NCBI RefSeq assembly: GCF_009914755.1 | Contig: NC_060926.1 | Reading direction: 5' to 3' (one strand) | Source: the human T2T-CHM13v2.0 reference genome, Homo sapiens | Length of the DNA: 64,000 nt | Part shown: positions 52,709 to 64,000 of the stretch, piece by piece | How positions within the stretch are numbered: the stretch's first letter is position 1 | Layout of the letters: every line of letters starts with the position of its first letter | Made by a program: the position numbers and the translations under genes | The notes under the pieces: model-generated | Told to the model about the DNA's origin: nothing | Database searches by the model: none | What the model saw: the letters and a program-made list of their open reading frames with translations, nothing else

Positions 52709-54769
52709 TAAAACCTCTTTGCTTTACACGTAATTCATGAGTCAGTGTGGAGTGGTCATACACAAAGCTTCCATTTGCTTACTGCACTTTATTAAAAGTT
52801 TTGAAGCTGACAAAACTTTTCCAAAAAAACAAGAAAAGGATTTTGGAAATCTATTTAGAAACAATTCTGATTAATTCAGTATATACTTTTTAAATGTCTC
52901 TTTTTACCAAGCAGTTTTGCATGATAATAGGGTATTTATTTCTTAACATTTCAAATTCTCTAGCTTTCGTATCCTTTTTACACCAAAAGTCATAATCATT
53001 TCCATAGCAACTATATTCATTGTCAAAGGTAGAAATTTTTGACTTCTGTTGGGTATTTTTTAAGGAGCAAAGGAACATTTAAGCAACAAAAAGTAGTATT
53101 TTACAAAAATTGACAAGAATTGAGAGAGAAAAAAAGTACTGGGTGGTTCCTTTAATAACTTACACAGATAACTTATTAAAACTATAAGTTATTGCCAAAA
53201 CTCAACATAATTTTTCTTTAGTAACTTCATTTTAAATAATATATTTTTTTGCAGTCATAATTTCTTCTTGTACTAAGTCAACAACAATAAAATGAAGAAT
53301 AAATATTTACATATTTAGTTAGGGAATATGATATAAATATCTAATTTTCTGACCTTTTTTTATTTAAAAAAATGAATCAAAACTAAATTAAGTCAAAAAT
53401 TCCATCTAAAAAGTAAAGAATTATTTTTCTCTCAACCCTCTCCAAATTTCTATCAACATGTTACTTAGTGTAGTATCATATATTGTAATTTAGAAAATAA
53501 ACACTATTTACTTACGCTCTTTTATGAGCAATAGATAATAAGTATTTGCCATAACACATTCATGAATACAAGAATGATGAACTTTGAAGCAAAACTTGTT
53601 TTTCTTGCAGGTTTTATTGCTTGAAGTTACTGTTTGGCACCTCTGGATGGAGATACGGAGTTAGTAAAGTAGAGGGGAATAGTTTTTATTTTATCATACC
53701 TATAGATTTGTTTACAGATGGCAGGTTATTTTAGCTGGATCTTCCTGACAGTTATTACTACCACCAGCAAGAAAACATGCTTCATAAGTAGAGAAATTAG
53801 ATAAAGAATATTAGACTTGCTGTGCCCCATGCCACATAGTGTGTTGATTGAGGATCCCAAGCTACTGGTTTCCCTTCTAATTCATTGTTTAGTAAATCAG
53901 CAAGTACAATAAAAGAACAAAAAGATTAAGTTAGCAAACATTTTAAATAGAGGTGCTTTATATGTGCTATCATATCAGTTTATTGATGAAATTTTGACTT
54001 AAAAAAAGGAACTTTCTTTATATAGTTTATTTATATATTAAATTTAAAATGTACCAAACAACTTATATGTGAAAAGTATGTGTTGTAGCCTTTTCTGTAA
54101 TAAATGTACACATCCTTTTGTCTCTACTAATAAGCATAATTTAGTGAAAGTAACAAAAAAGCAAGGAATTATACAAAAATTAGAGGAAATACTAGAACTG
54201 GACAAACTCTGGAACTAACACTCTCAAGTTTCAAAGTTGGAATATGAGGATTAAGTTGTGCTTTGTTGTAATGTCCCTTTCAGGGGCTGAGTGCTCAGCA
54301 TGAGAATAATGACTCAACCCTGGGCAGATCTGAGCTCCCTCTGAGTTTTCAATGAAATCCCATATTAAGGCTAATCATGTTACTACTCTTCTAGCTGCCT
54401 GGTTTGCAACCACCTTCTGCTTTTCATATGTCTATGACCACATTAAGCCAGTTTCTTGTTTATTTCTGTTTTCATCTCTCCCACCATGTGAGCCTCTTTC
54501 AGCAGGAATTGTGCCTAGTTTTCCTCTGAATCTCAGACCATTATTTGATAAAGGGTTCAAATTCAATACGTTACTTTTGACTATAAGGATACAATTTGAT
54601 AAACAAGTCAATGAGGTAAAAAAATCACTACCTTTCTCCCAATTTCTACCTGTCCCCTCAAAATTCTGCATTTATGTCATCAAAATACATTTCCCACTGA
54701 AATAATACATTTTACAATGGAATAGTATATAGTTTGGAGAGTTTACTAGTTTATCACATGAAGTTTCAT

Positions 54770-54990
54770 TTTATCTTTAGAGAGGTATTAAGGAATATTT
54801 CAATATTTTTAGGGAATATTTCTACATCGAGCCCTATATAGTTATTATTTTAAAGGGAAGGAAACCAAACTTCAAAGTGTTTAAATGAATTGCCCCAAAT
54901 CAAAGAGGTAACAAAAGGCAGAGCTCAAGTTCAAAGACAGCATCCCAAATCCTTTTTTCTCAGTCTAGGGACTTTTTTCTTCCTGACACT
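54770..54990 (-). mobile_element. MIR SINE fragment
   Basis: TTATTTTAAAGGGAAGGAAACCAAAC...TTAAATGAATTGCCCCAAATCA...GGCAGAGCTCAAGTTCAAA. Confidence 0.6.
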
Positions 54991-55139
54991 GCACTGTGAT
55001 TCTAGAAGTAAGCTGAACTCTTTAGACGCATAACACATTAAGCCATGATTAGACATTCACACTTCACGTAACTTCTTAGATATATTTTTTTAATTATAAG
55101 GTAACTACAGTTCTGGTTAATATTATAAAAAACTCGAAT

Positions 55140-57520
55140 AACATGAGGATACATCTTTAAAAAAAAGAAATTTCATGGAAGATTCACCAAGAAAGACAAT
55201 ATCCTGGAGCTTAAAATAAACCTCAACAAATGTTAAAGATTGAAATTATACTCTGGCCTAATGGAATCAAACTACAAATTGAAAACATAAGATAACACGA
55301 AAATCTTGAGATACTTAGAAATAAAAACAAACAAAATCAATAATACATGCCTAAAATAGTCTCAGAAATTTTAAAATACGTAATTGAGAATGAAAATACA
55401 ACATACTAAAACATGTAGGATGCAGTTAAAACCACGCTGAGAGAAAAATTTATAGTAATAATACTTATGTTACGAAAAAGAAAAGGTGTCAAATCAATCA
55501 TCTAATGTCCCACTGACATAAGATATGACATTGAGTGACTAGAAAGGGAAGATCTATTTTATTGGTTATTTTAGCCCAAAGGGAAAAAAATGAAAGGAAA
55601 TAATATAGATGAGACCCAAAAATCAATAGAATGACTTAAAGAGACTCAATAGAGAAAATCAATGAAACTACATGCTGGTTCTTTGAAAGATTCAATAAAA
55701 TTGATTAAACTCTATTTAGTAATATTGACAAAAATAGAGAATAAACAAGTCACCAGTATTAAGAATAAAAGGAGTTATCACTACAGATCCTGCAACCATT
55801 ATAAGGAACATAAAGGAATAATTTTTTAAATTACATTCACAAATTTGACAACTTAGAAACAAAATGGACCAATTCCTTAAATCCAAAAACTGCAAAAACT
55901 CATCAAAGATGAAATAGATAATATGAATGAAGCTATAACCAAAAAACTGGAATTTTTCATTCAAAATCTTCTCAATAAAAGAAATCTCCAGATTCTAAAT
56001 GGTTTAACTGAAGAATCTGTCAAACATTTAAGGAATAATTAATACTAATTTTACACAATCTCTTTCAGAAAATAGAAGATTAGGGAACATTTTATGAAGC
56101 AAATATTATCCTGATATTCAGTCCAAACAAAGACAATATAAAAAGAAAAATATAGATAAAGTTATCTCAGGAAGTTAGATATCCTAATACTCAACAAAAC
56201 TTAGAAAATTGAATCTAACAATATACAAAAAGAATTGCACGGCATGATTAACTGGGATTTTCTTCAGGTAGGTAAAGTTGGTTTAACACTTGAAATAATC
56301 AATGTTACCTTCCATGTCAACAGTCTTCAGAATAAAAATTATATTATTCGGTGTAGAAAAAGCATTTGACAAAAGTCAATATATTTTAATGATAAAAACA
56401 GTAAGTTAGGCATGAATGAAAACTACTTTGACTTGATAAAGAACATCTACAAAATCCCTGTAACTACATTATCTTTAATGTAAAATATTAAATTATTTAC
56501 CTCTAAGATTGAGAACCAGTCAGGGATATACAGTCTCACTATACTTTTTCAACATAGTACTGAAAGTCTTACCCACTGCAATAAGGTAAAACAAACAAAA
56601 AAATTAAAAACCCACATTTATATTTGAAAGGAAAAAATACAACTTTTTTTTTGTTTGTTTGTTTTTTTGTTTTGTGTTGTTTTGTTTTGCAGAAGACATG
56701 GGAATATACAAAAGAACAAACTCCCAAAACTAATAACAGAGTTCAATAAGGCTGTAGCAAAATATCAACTAATAAAAATAAACTGCATTTCTATCTACTG
56801 AAACAGAACATGTAGAAACCAAAATTAAATATATAGTACCACTTACAGTTGCTTCAGAGAAATGAAATACATAGAAATAGACCTAATAAACATGTACAGG
56901 ATATACATATATACTCAAAATTATAAAATGCTCAAGAACTGAAAGAAGACCTAAGTAAATGAAAAGACATACTATGTTCATAGACAGGAAGACTCAAAGA
57001 TTCACAGTAAAGATGTCAAAGCTCTACAAATTAATCTACAGTTTTAATGAAATTTTTATCAAAATTCCAGCCAGGTTTTTGTGCATATACAAAAGCTTTT
57101 TCTAACCATTATAAAATATACAGATCTTTGGTATATTATGAAATATACCTAAAACAATCTGGACAAAGAACAATAACAGAAGAAATCCTTCCACTCTATA
57201 TTAATGCTTATTACATAGCTATATTAATCAAGACGGGGCAATATTGGCAATGATATAAACACATAAGTCAATAAAACAGAATAGAGAACCCAGAAGTAGA
57301 CTCAAATTTGCCCAACTAAATTTTGACAAAGACACGTACACACAAAAATATTCAATGCAGGAAGGATATCCTTTTTCACAAATCATTCCGGGGTATTTGG
57401 ATGTCCATAGGCCAAAAGAATGAATGTAGACTTAAACGTCATACTTTATACCAAAACTAACTCATAATTCATCATGGACTTGCAAGTAAAACATTAAGCT
57501 ATAAAACTTTTAGAAAAAAA
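55140..57520 (+). mobile_element. Old L1M ORF2 fragment (~2.4 kb)
   Basis: Degenerate sense ORF2 motifs (ATCACTACAGATCCTGCA, GAAAAAGCATTTGACAAAA, TTCAACATAGTACTG, AACAGAATAGAGAACCCAGAA). Confidence 0.85.
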
Positions 57521-57609
57521 AGAGTAGCATAATATTGTACTATGGGATTGATAATGTGCACAGATGTAATACATATGACAACAGTAGCAAATATCCCCGT
57601 AAGAAAGTA

Positions 57610-57800
57610 ATCTATTTAAAATCCACAGATGTTTTTAGTAGATTCCATATGTGAGATTACACAGTAATTGCCTTTTTGTGTCTGGTTTATTCAATTTAGC
57701 ATAACATCCTCCAGATTCATCCTTGTTGTTGCAAGTGACAAGCTTTCCTTCTTTTTATGGATAAATAATATTTCATTTTGTTCTATTCCAATAATATTCT
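57610..57800 (-). mobile_element. L1MA/MB-type 3'-end fragment
   Basis: TAGATTCCATATGTGAGAT...TGTGTCTGGTTTATTCAATTTAGCATAACATCCTCCAG. Confidence 0.75.
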
Positions 57801-57907
57801 GCATTTTCTTCATTCATCCATATATATGTGTGTATATATTTAATATTTAATATATTATATATTTGATATATTATATATATTATATTTAAATATATAAAAA
57901 TAATATA

Positions 57908-58463
57908 TTTAATATTATTTGTAATAGATTATTTCGATCTCACTAATATAAGCTTATTTTAAATGATATTATAGAGGAAAGCTATGAAATAATAGGAATC
58001 ATTCTATATATATTATAGTCACTGTATATATATTACTGTATATATATATCATAGTTACTATATATATATATATATTATAGCTACTGAATAACGTGGAGGG
58101 AATATTAATAAATTTCCTTGAAGTGTCCACTTCCTTTTCTGCTGTTGTTTTTACAGTTTTAAAGGCTTTTTTAAAAATTGTGTGGCAGTTGTGTAGATAT
58201 GTATTCAACTATTGTTTTTTACCACAAGGAGAGTAGTTAAGTACTGTTCCTACTTCTTTTACATAGAATATGAAAGTGACTGTTAAAATAATGGCTTATA
58301 TAAGTGAGCTTTATGGATCAGATATATTCCCTCTTTCTATATTTTCATATACATTCTTAATTATTTGAATGGTTCATATTATTATGTAGCTTTCCTTTAT
58401 AATATCATTTAAAATAAGCTTATATTAGTTAGACTGAAATAATCTATTACAAATAACATTAAA
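57908..58463. repeat. Long inverted repeat: arms 57908-58004 and 58367-58463, ~360-bp spacer
   Basis: The 77-bp core 57908-57984 equals the reverse complement of 58387-58463 with 5 mismatches; it extends 20 bp inward with 5 more. Confidence 0.93.
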
Positions 58464-59084
58464 ACATGCATTTTACTGAGAGGCAGAAACTCCTATCCAT
58501 GCTGGTGGAAATGCACAGCACTCCTGGAGAATAATTTGACAATAAATAGTAAAATCTTATCGTGTGCACAGCATTGAACTGAGGAATTCTTCTATGTGGG
58601 ATGAATTCAAAATACACAATTGTAATTGATCTCAATTTTAGCCTCAAGAACATTTATTGCCCACTTATATATTATGTCCTAATATTTATAGTGATGTAAA
58701 TAATCAAAAACATGTGCTTGAATATGGTACCTCTGTATAATGGAGTGTTGTGGAATAATTACAGATAAAATCACAGAAAAATCTTAAATGACAAGAAGAA
58801 TATACCCAATATGCCATGTAAATGCAAAAGCAAATTTAATGTACCTGATATATATATAGAGATAAAGTGGTAAATACTAAAAGCATATTTTCCAAACACT
58901 GGTAGTAGCTATGTCTAAGGCGGTTGTTGAGTTTGCTTTTTCAGTTTTCCAAATTATCCCAGAGAATATACATAATTTTTATTAAGAAAATAGCAGTAGT
59001 TTTGGAAAATAATAGATTTAAGAAGTAGGAACTGTATTGTGAAATATCCGAAATGACTAATATATTATTTTTATTTACTGCTTT

Positions 59085-59380
59085 TTTTTTTTTTTTTTTT
59101 GAGACAGAGTCTCACTCTGTCACCCAGGCTGGAGTGCAGTGGTGCCATCTCAGCTCGCTGCAAGCTCCGCCTCCCGGGTTCACGCCATTCTCCTGCCTCA
59201 GCCTCCTGAGTAGCTGGGACTACAAGTGCCTACCACTACGCCTGGCTAACTTTTTGTATTTTTAGTAGAGATGGGGTTTCACTGTGTTAGCCAGGATGGT
59301 CTCCATCTCCTGACCTCGTGATTGCCCGCCTCAGCCTCCCAAAGTGCTGGGATTACAGGCATGAGCCACTGAGCCAGGTC
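59085..59380 (-). mobile_element. AluY
   Basis: Y diagnostics; TSD TATTTA(C/T)TGCTTT at 59072-59084 and 59381-59393. Confidence 0.94.
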
Positions 59381-61252
59381 TATTTATTGCTTTAAGTATA
59401 CATAGAGTGTCTGCTTTGTGCTGGGCATCATGCTAAGTTAACAACTGATAATGCTAAGCTAGAATTAAGTTCAGAAAGAGAATAAGCACAGCAATAACAA
59501 TACAATTAAGTTAGTGTTATCAAATACGTTTGAATAGAATTCAAATAAAATGTAGAAAAACTTTGACTAATTTGAATGTTTCTTTTTATTATACCAATTA
59601 GTCTTGGATTTCATCATTTTATTGTTCATACATGACAAATTTTTATAAGAATTTGTCACCCAGTGTCTTTGAATGATTTAGTTTTTCCTAAATTAACCCT
59701 AAATGTTTATAATGCATTTCTTCATGCACAGTTGTAAAAGTGATTTACATTTCATAACTTTTCTTTTCATCTACCTCCTGGTAATATTCAGGCATTGTTT
59801 TTAGTTCTCCTTTCTGGAGGATTAATTTAAACAAATTTTGGCAATAAGTTGGTATTTTTTTATACAGTTTTTACCTGCTTATAGGGACACATGACTTTCA
59901 GAAACTCCTAGGTTAAATAAGTACACTTGTACTTCTACAGTGCAGGGATGGTTTTAATATATTTATTTAAAATGTCCAACCTTGTTTTTATCCATCCTGG
60001 CTGTGCCATTTACCAAAATTCAAAAAAGAAAAAAATCAAAGAAAATATTTATGTTAACCCATAAGAACCAAGAATAACACAATAAAGAAAAACAGTTTCC
60101 GAAATTTTTAATTAAAGGGCTATTGAAACCACATTCTTAAATTATTTATTTTCTACACATGACTAAAATTTCAGTTGAGCAAAAATTTTTAAAAGGACAA
60201 AAGGAAAGCTTTTGAGAGAGGCATAACTATTGGGCATAGCTAGACAAGGGTGGAGAACTAATTATTTTTGTCTTTTTTTCCTGTATTTTTTTCCAGGGTA
60301 GGGTATGATTTTGGCCTGTGTATTTTCCACCTCCAGATAATACTGCATTTCAGAGGTTCATCCAAACAAGAGTAATACAGTGTAGCAGTAAGTAATCTAT
60401 TTTCTGTCTGTTAGAGTAAGACTACCTTCTATTTTGATGGTAAGCCTTTTGTGGGAGGGTTCTAATTTTAGACTTACAGAAAATTGCAGAAATAGTAAAG
60501 ACAGTTTCCATATATCTCTTGCATATTTTCACCAAATGTTAACATCTTGTATAACCACTGTGTAATGATCAAGACCAGAAAATTAAAATCAGTATAATAG
60601 TATTAACTAAACTAAAGAACTTATTCAAATTTCACCTGTTTTTTTTTAACTACGATTATTTCATTTCCGTTCCAGAATCCCACTTAGGATCCCACATTGC
60701 ATATACTTTTTTATTTTCTTCAGTCTCCTACAGTCTATAACATTTTCCTCTTTTATTCTTTGTGTTTTATGATCTTGACACTTTTGAAGAGCATTGATCA
60801 GTTGCGTTTTTCAATTGTTTCTTAGTTTGAGTTTGCTGTTTCCTCGTGAATGGACTGAATTGTGTTTTCTTGGCAAGAGTACCATAGAAATGGCAGTGTT
60901 TTCTCAGTGCATTTGCATTCCAGAGATCATGATATTGATCTATCTTATTACTGGTGATGTTGTCTTGGATCACTTGTGCAAGGTAGTTTCTCCAGGTTTC
61001 ACCACTCTAAAGTTAGTATCATTCTCTTTGTAATTAATGAATATATTGGGTACATGCTTTGTGAGTCTGAAATTCTATTTCTCCTTAAAATTTTACTAAT
61101 TTTAATGTTGGCCAGTGAATGCTGTCTTCATTACTTATTAAAGTGGTACTTTCTAAATGGTGATTTTTCTATTTCCCTCTTGCATTTTACATTTAAAAAG
61201 AAGATAGAATCCTTCTCTATTTATTTGTATTCATATACATTCATAAATGTTC

Positions 61253-61469
61253 ATTTTATTTGATGGTTATCAAATAAAATCGTTTACTTTATTTGATGGT
61301 TATCAAATAAAATCGTTTACTTTATTTGATGGTTATCAAATAAAATCGTTTACTTTATTTGATGGTTATCAAATAAAATCGTTTACTTTATTTGATGGTT
61401 ATCAAATAAAATCGTTTACTTTATTTGATGGTTATCAAATAAAATCGTTTATTTTATTTGATGGTTATC
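61253..61469. repeat. 33-bp minisatellite, ~6.5 copies, palindromic unit
   Basis: (TTTATTTGATGGTTATCAAATAAAATCGTTTAC)n, with units starting at 61255, 61288, 61321, 61354, 61387, 61420 and 61453 (partial). Confidence 0.97.
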
Positions 61470-61470
61470 T

Positions 61471-62085
61471 TGATGAAAAGAGTCAAACTCTGTAAAATAT
61501 TTGAAGAGATGTTATCTGAGCCAAATATGAGTGACCATGGCCTGTGACACAGCCCTCAGGAGTTCCTGAGAGCATGTGCCCAAGGTGGTCGGGGTACAGC
61601 TGGGTTTCATACATTTTAGGATGGCAGGAGACATTAATCAAATACATTTAAGAAACACATTAGTTTGGTCCAGAAAGGCAAGACAATTTGAAACTGGCGG
61701 GGGGCAGTGAGGGAGAAAGTGAGGAGGGAGGTTCCAGACTATAGGTAAATTTAAATATTTTCTGGTTGACAATTGGTTGAGTTTGTCTAAAAACCTGAGA
61801 TCAGTAGAAGGGAATGTCTGGGTTGCCATAATAAGTTGTGAAGACCAGAGTTTTACTACGCGGGTGAAGCTTTTTGCTGGCAGGCTTCAGGGAGAATAGG
61901 TTGTAAAATGATTCCTATCAGACAAAGTCTGTGTTGTTAATGCCAAGAGGTATAATGAGGCATATCTGATCCCGTCTTCCCTTCAGGGCTTGAACTATTC
62001 TTTCAGGTTAAATTTTAAGAGCCCTGGCAGAAAAGGAAGTCCATTCAGATGGTTGGGGGCCTTAGAATTTTATTTTTGGTCTACA
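61471..62085 (-). mobile_element. Solo MER4-family ERV1 LTR
   Basis: TGATGAAAAGAGTCAAACTCTGTAAAATATTTGAAGAG...CTTAGAATTTTATTTTTGGTCTACA. Confidence 0.85.
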
Positions 62086-62546
62086 GTCCAATATTATAAA
62101 TATTTTATTGCTCAGCTTGTGCCAGCTTCAGCCATTTGGAAATCCTTTAGGCTACTTCGGGTTTTTGGTAAGATTTCATCTCTATCTATTTATTAAAAAT
62201 AATAAGTTTATAATGGTATGTTAGCTTTCAATTAAATACCATCTGGCTAATTTTAGCCCATCCTTTTTCTTTTTTGTAGCTTCTTTCTTCAACAGTTATT
62301 AGGATCTTAAGCTGAACTTACTGTTCCATTGAAACCTGCCCAATAGTCCCATAGATAGTTTTTTTGGATAAACATAAAAATTGACCCTTCTGGTCTTAGT
62401 GCTTGAAATCTACATTGGTTTTATCTGAGTGCCTTCCTCAGGAAAGGACCCCAAGTTCTCTCAAAAAGTATCAAAGAACTGAAACTCACCAGATCTTTGC
62501 ATTCAGACAATGAGATTTCAGGCCCCTCATTCATGATGATTGTTTC

Positions 62547-63342
<796 letters not shown>

Positions 63343-63578
63343 GTTTCCTTACCCCTCAAGTTTCTGTCTTCTCACACATAGTTACATTTCTTCCCTGCTA
63401 TATGAACTCTTAATTGTATTCGGTCAGGGAGAGGGGTTTGAGACTGAGCTCTTATGTCCTCAGCTGCAGCACCAGATTAAAGCCTTCTTCTTTCTTGGCA
63501 ATACTCATCATCACAGTCATTGGCTTTCTGTTCTGCAAGCAGCAGGACCTGGACCGAACATCTGGTGTGTCGGTAACA

Positions 63579-64000
63579 CTATTATACTGTCTGTCTATTC
63601 CATGAACATGCTGTTTTAATTACAGAGGCTTTATAGTGTGTTTTAATGGCTGGTAGGGCTTAGTCATTCTTTGTAGTTTATCTTTTTCAGTAATATATTG
63701 GCAATTCTTGCATGTTTTTTCCCCTCCATATAAACTTCTGTGTCAACTTAGTTCTAACAATATAAAATAGTTTGTTTTATTTTATTGAAATTTCATAGAA
63801 TGTATAAATTAACTTGAAACTGAAATCTTCATATGTCACTTTACATATGAACCTACCTAAGATCTTTTGATTTCTTCAAATATATTTTTATGTCTTCAGG
63901 ATCTGGAATATTTTTAAATTTCTCAAAGAGAGGCTTGACATATTTTGTTGTTAACTTTATTCCTAAGTATTTAGTGTTCTTTGTTGCTATAAATAGGATT
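63579..64000 (-). mobile_element. Old L1M ORF2 fragment (continues beyond the window)
   Basis: CTGTTTTAATTAC...CTTTATAGT, TTTATTCCTAAGTATTT...GTTGCTAT antisense ORF2 motifs. Confidence 0.7.

Larger units (their letters stand above)
60450..62300 (-). mobile_element. L1MC-type 3'UTR fragment interrupted by a VNTR and an LTR
   Basis: TTTAGACTTACAGAAAATTGCA...AATAGTA...AATGTTAACATCTT...ATCAAGACCAGAAAATTAA; resumes after 62085 (TTGCTCAGCTTGTGCCAGCTT). Confidence 0.75.

Noticed and set aside
61247-61495. CRISPR-like palindromic repeat array and repetitive 82-aa ORF (FDGYQIKSFTL)n
   Set aside because: There are no unique spacers and no cas genes, and the context is eukaryotic. The ORF exists only because the 33-bp unit is a stop-free multiple of 3.

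Overview
AT-rich primate genomic DNA, almost certainly human because it carries a near-consensus AluYa5. It is intergenic or deep-intronic, and no intact cellular protein-coding exon is recognisable. Most of the window is interspersed repeats. These include a near full-length but ORF-disrupted L1PA2/3 (10799-16804) missing its first ~20 nt (YY1 site), a twin-primed 5'-inverted L1PA2/3 with a short 3' transduction (50711-52695), and about 14 Alu/FLAM/FRAM copies. There are also two THE1 MaLR proviruses and a solo THE1 LTR, MST, MER52, MER50 and MER4-group LTRs (several nested), MER58 and Tigger3 DNA-transposon remnants, and old L1M/L2/MIR fragments. A processed RPL38 pseudogene lies at ~49787-50129. 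Two structures are not explained by known repeat families as far as I can recognise: a ~97-bp inverted repeat pair at 57908-58463 and a 33-bp minisatellite whose unit is a perfect hairpin (61253-61469). Two TSD-less Alus mark apparent deletions. I found no evidence of a new multi-gene biological system. Subfamily names are from recalled consensus sequences and need RepeatMasker/Dfam confirmation.
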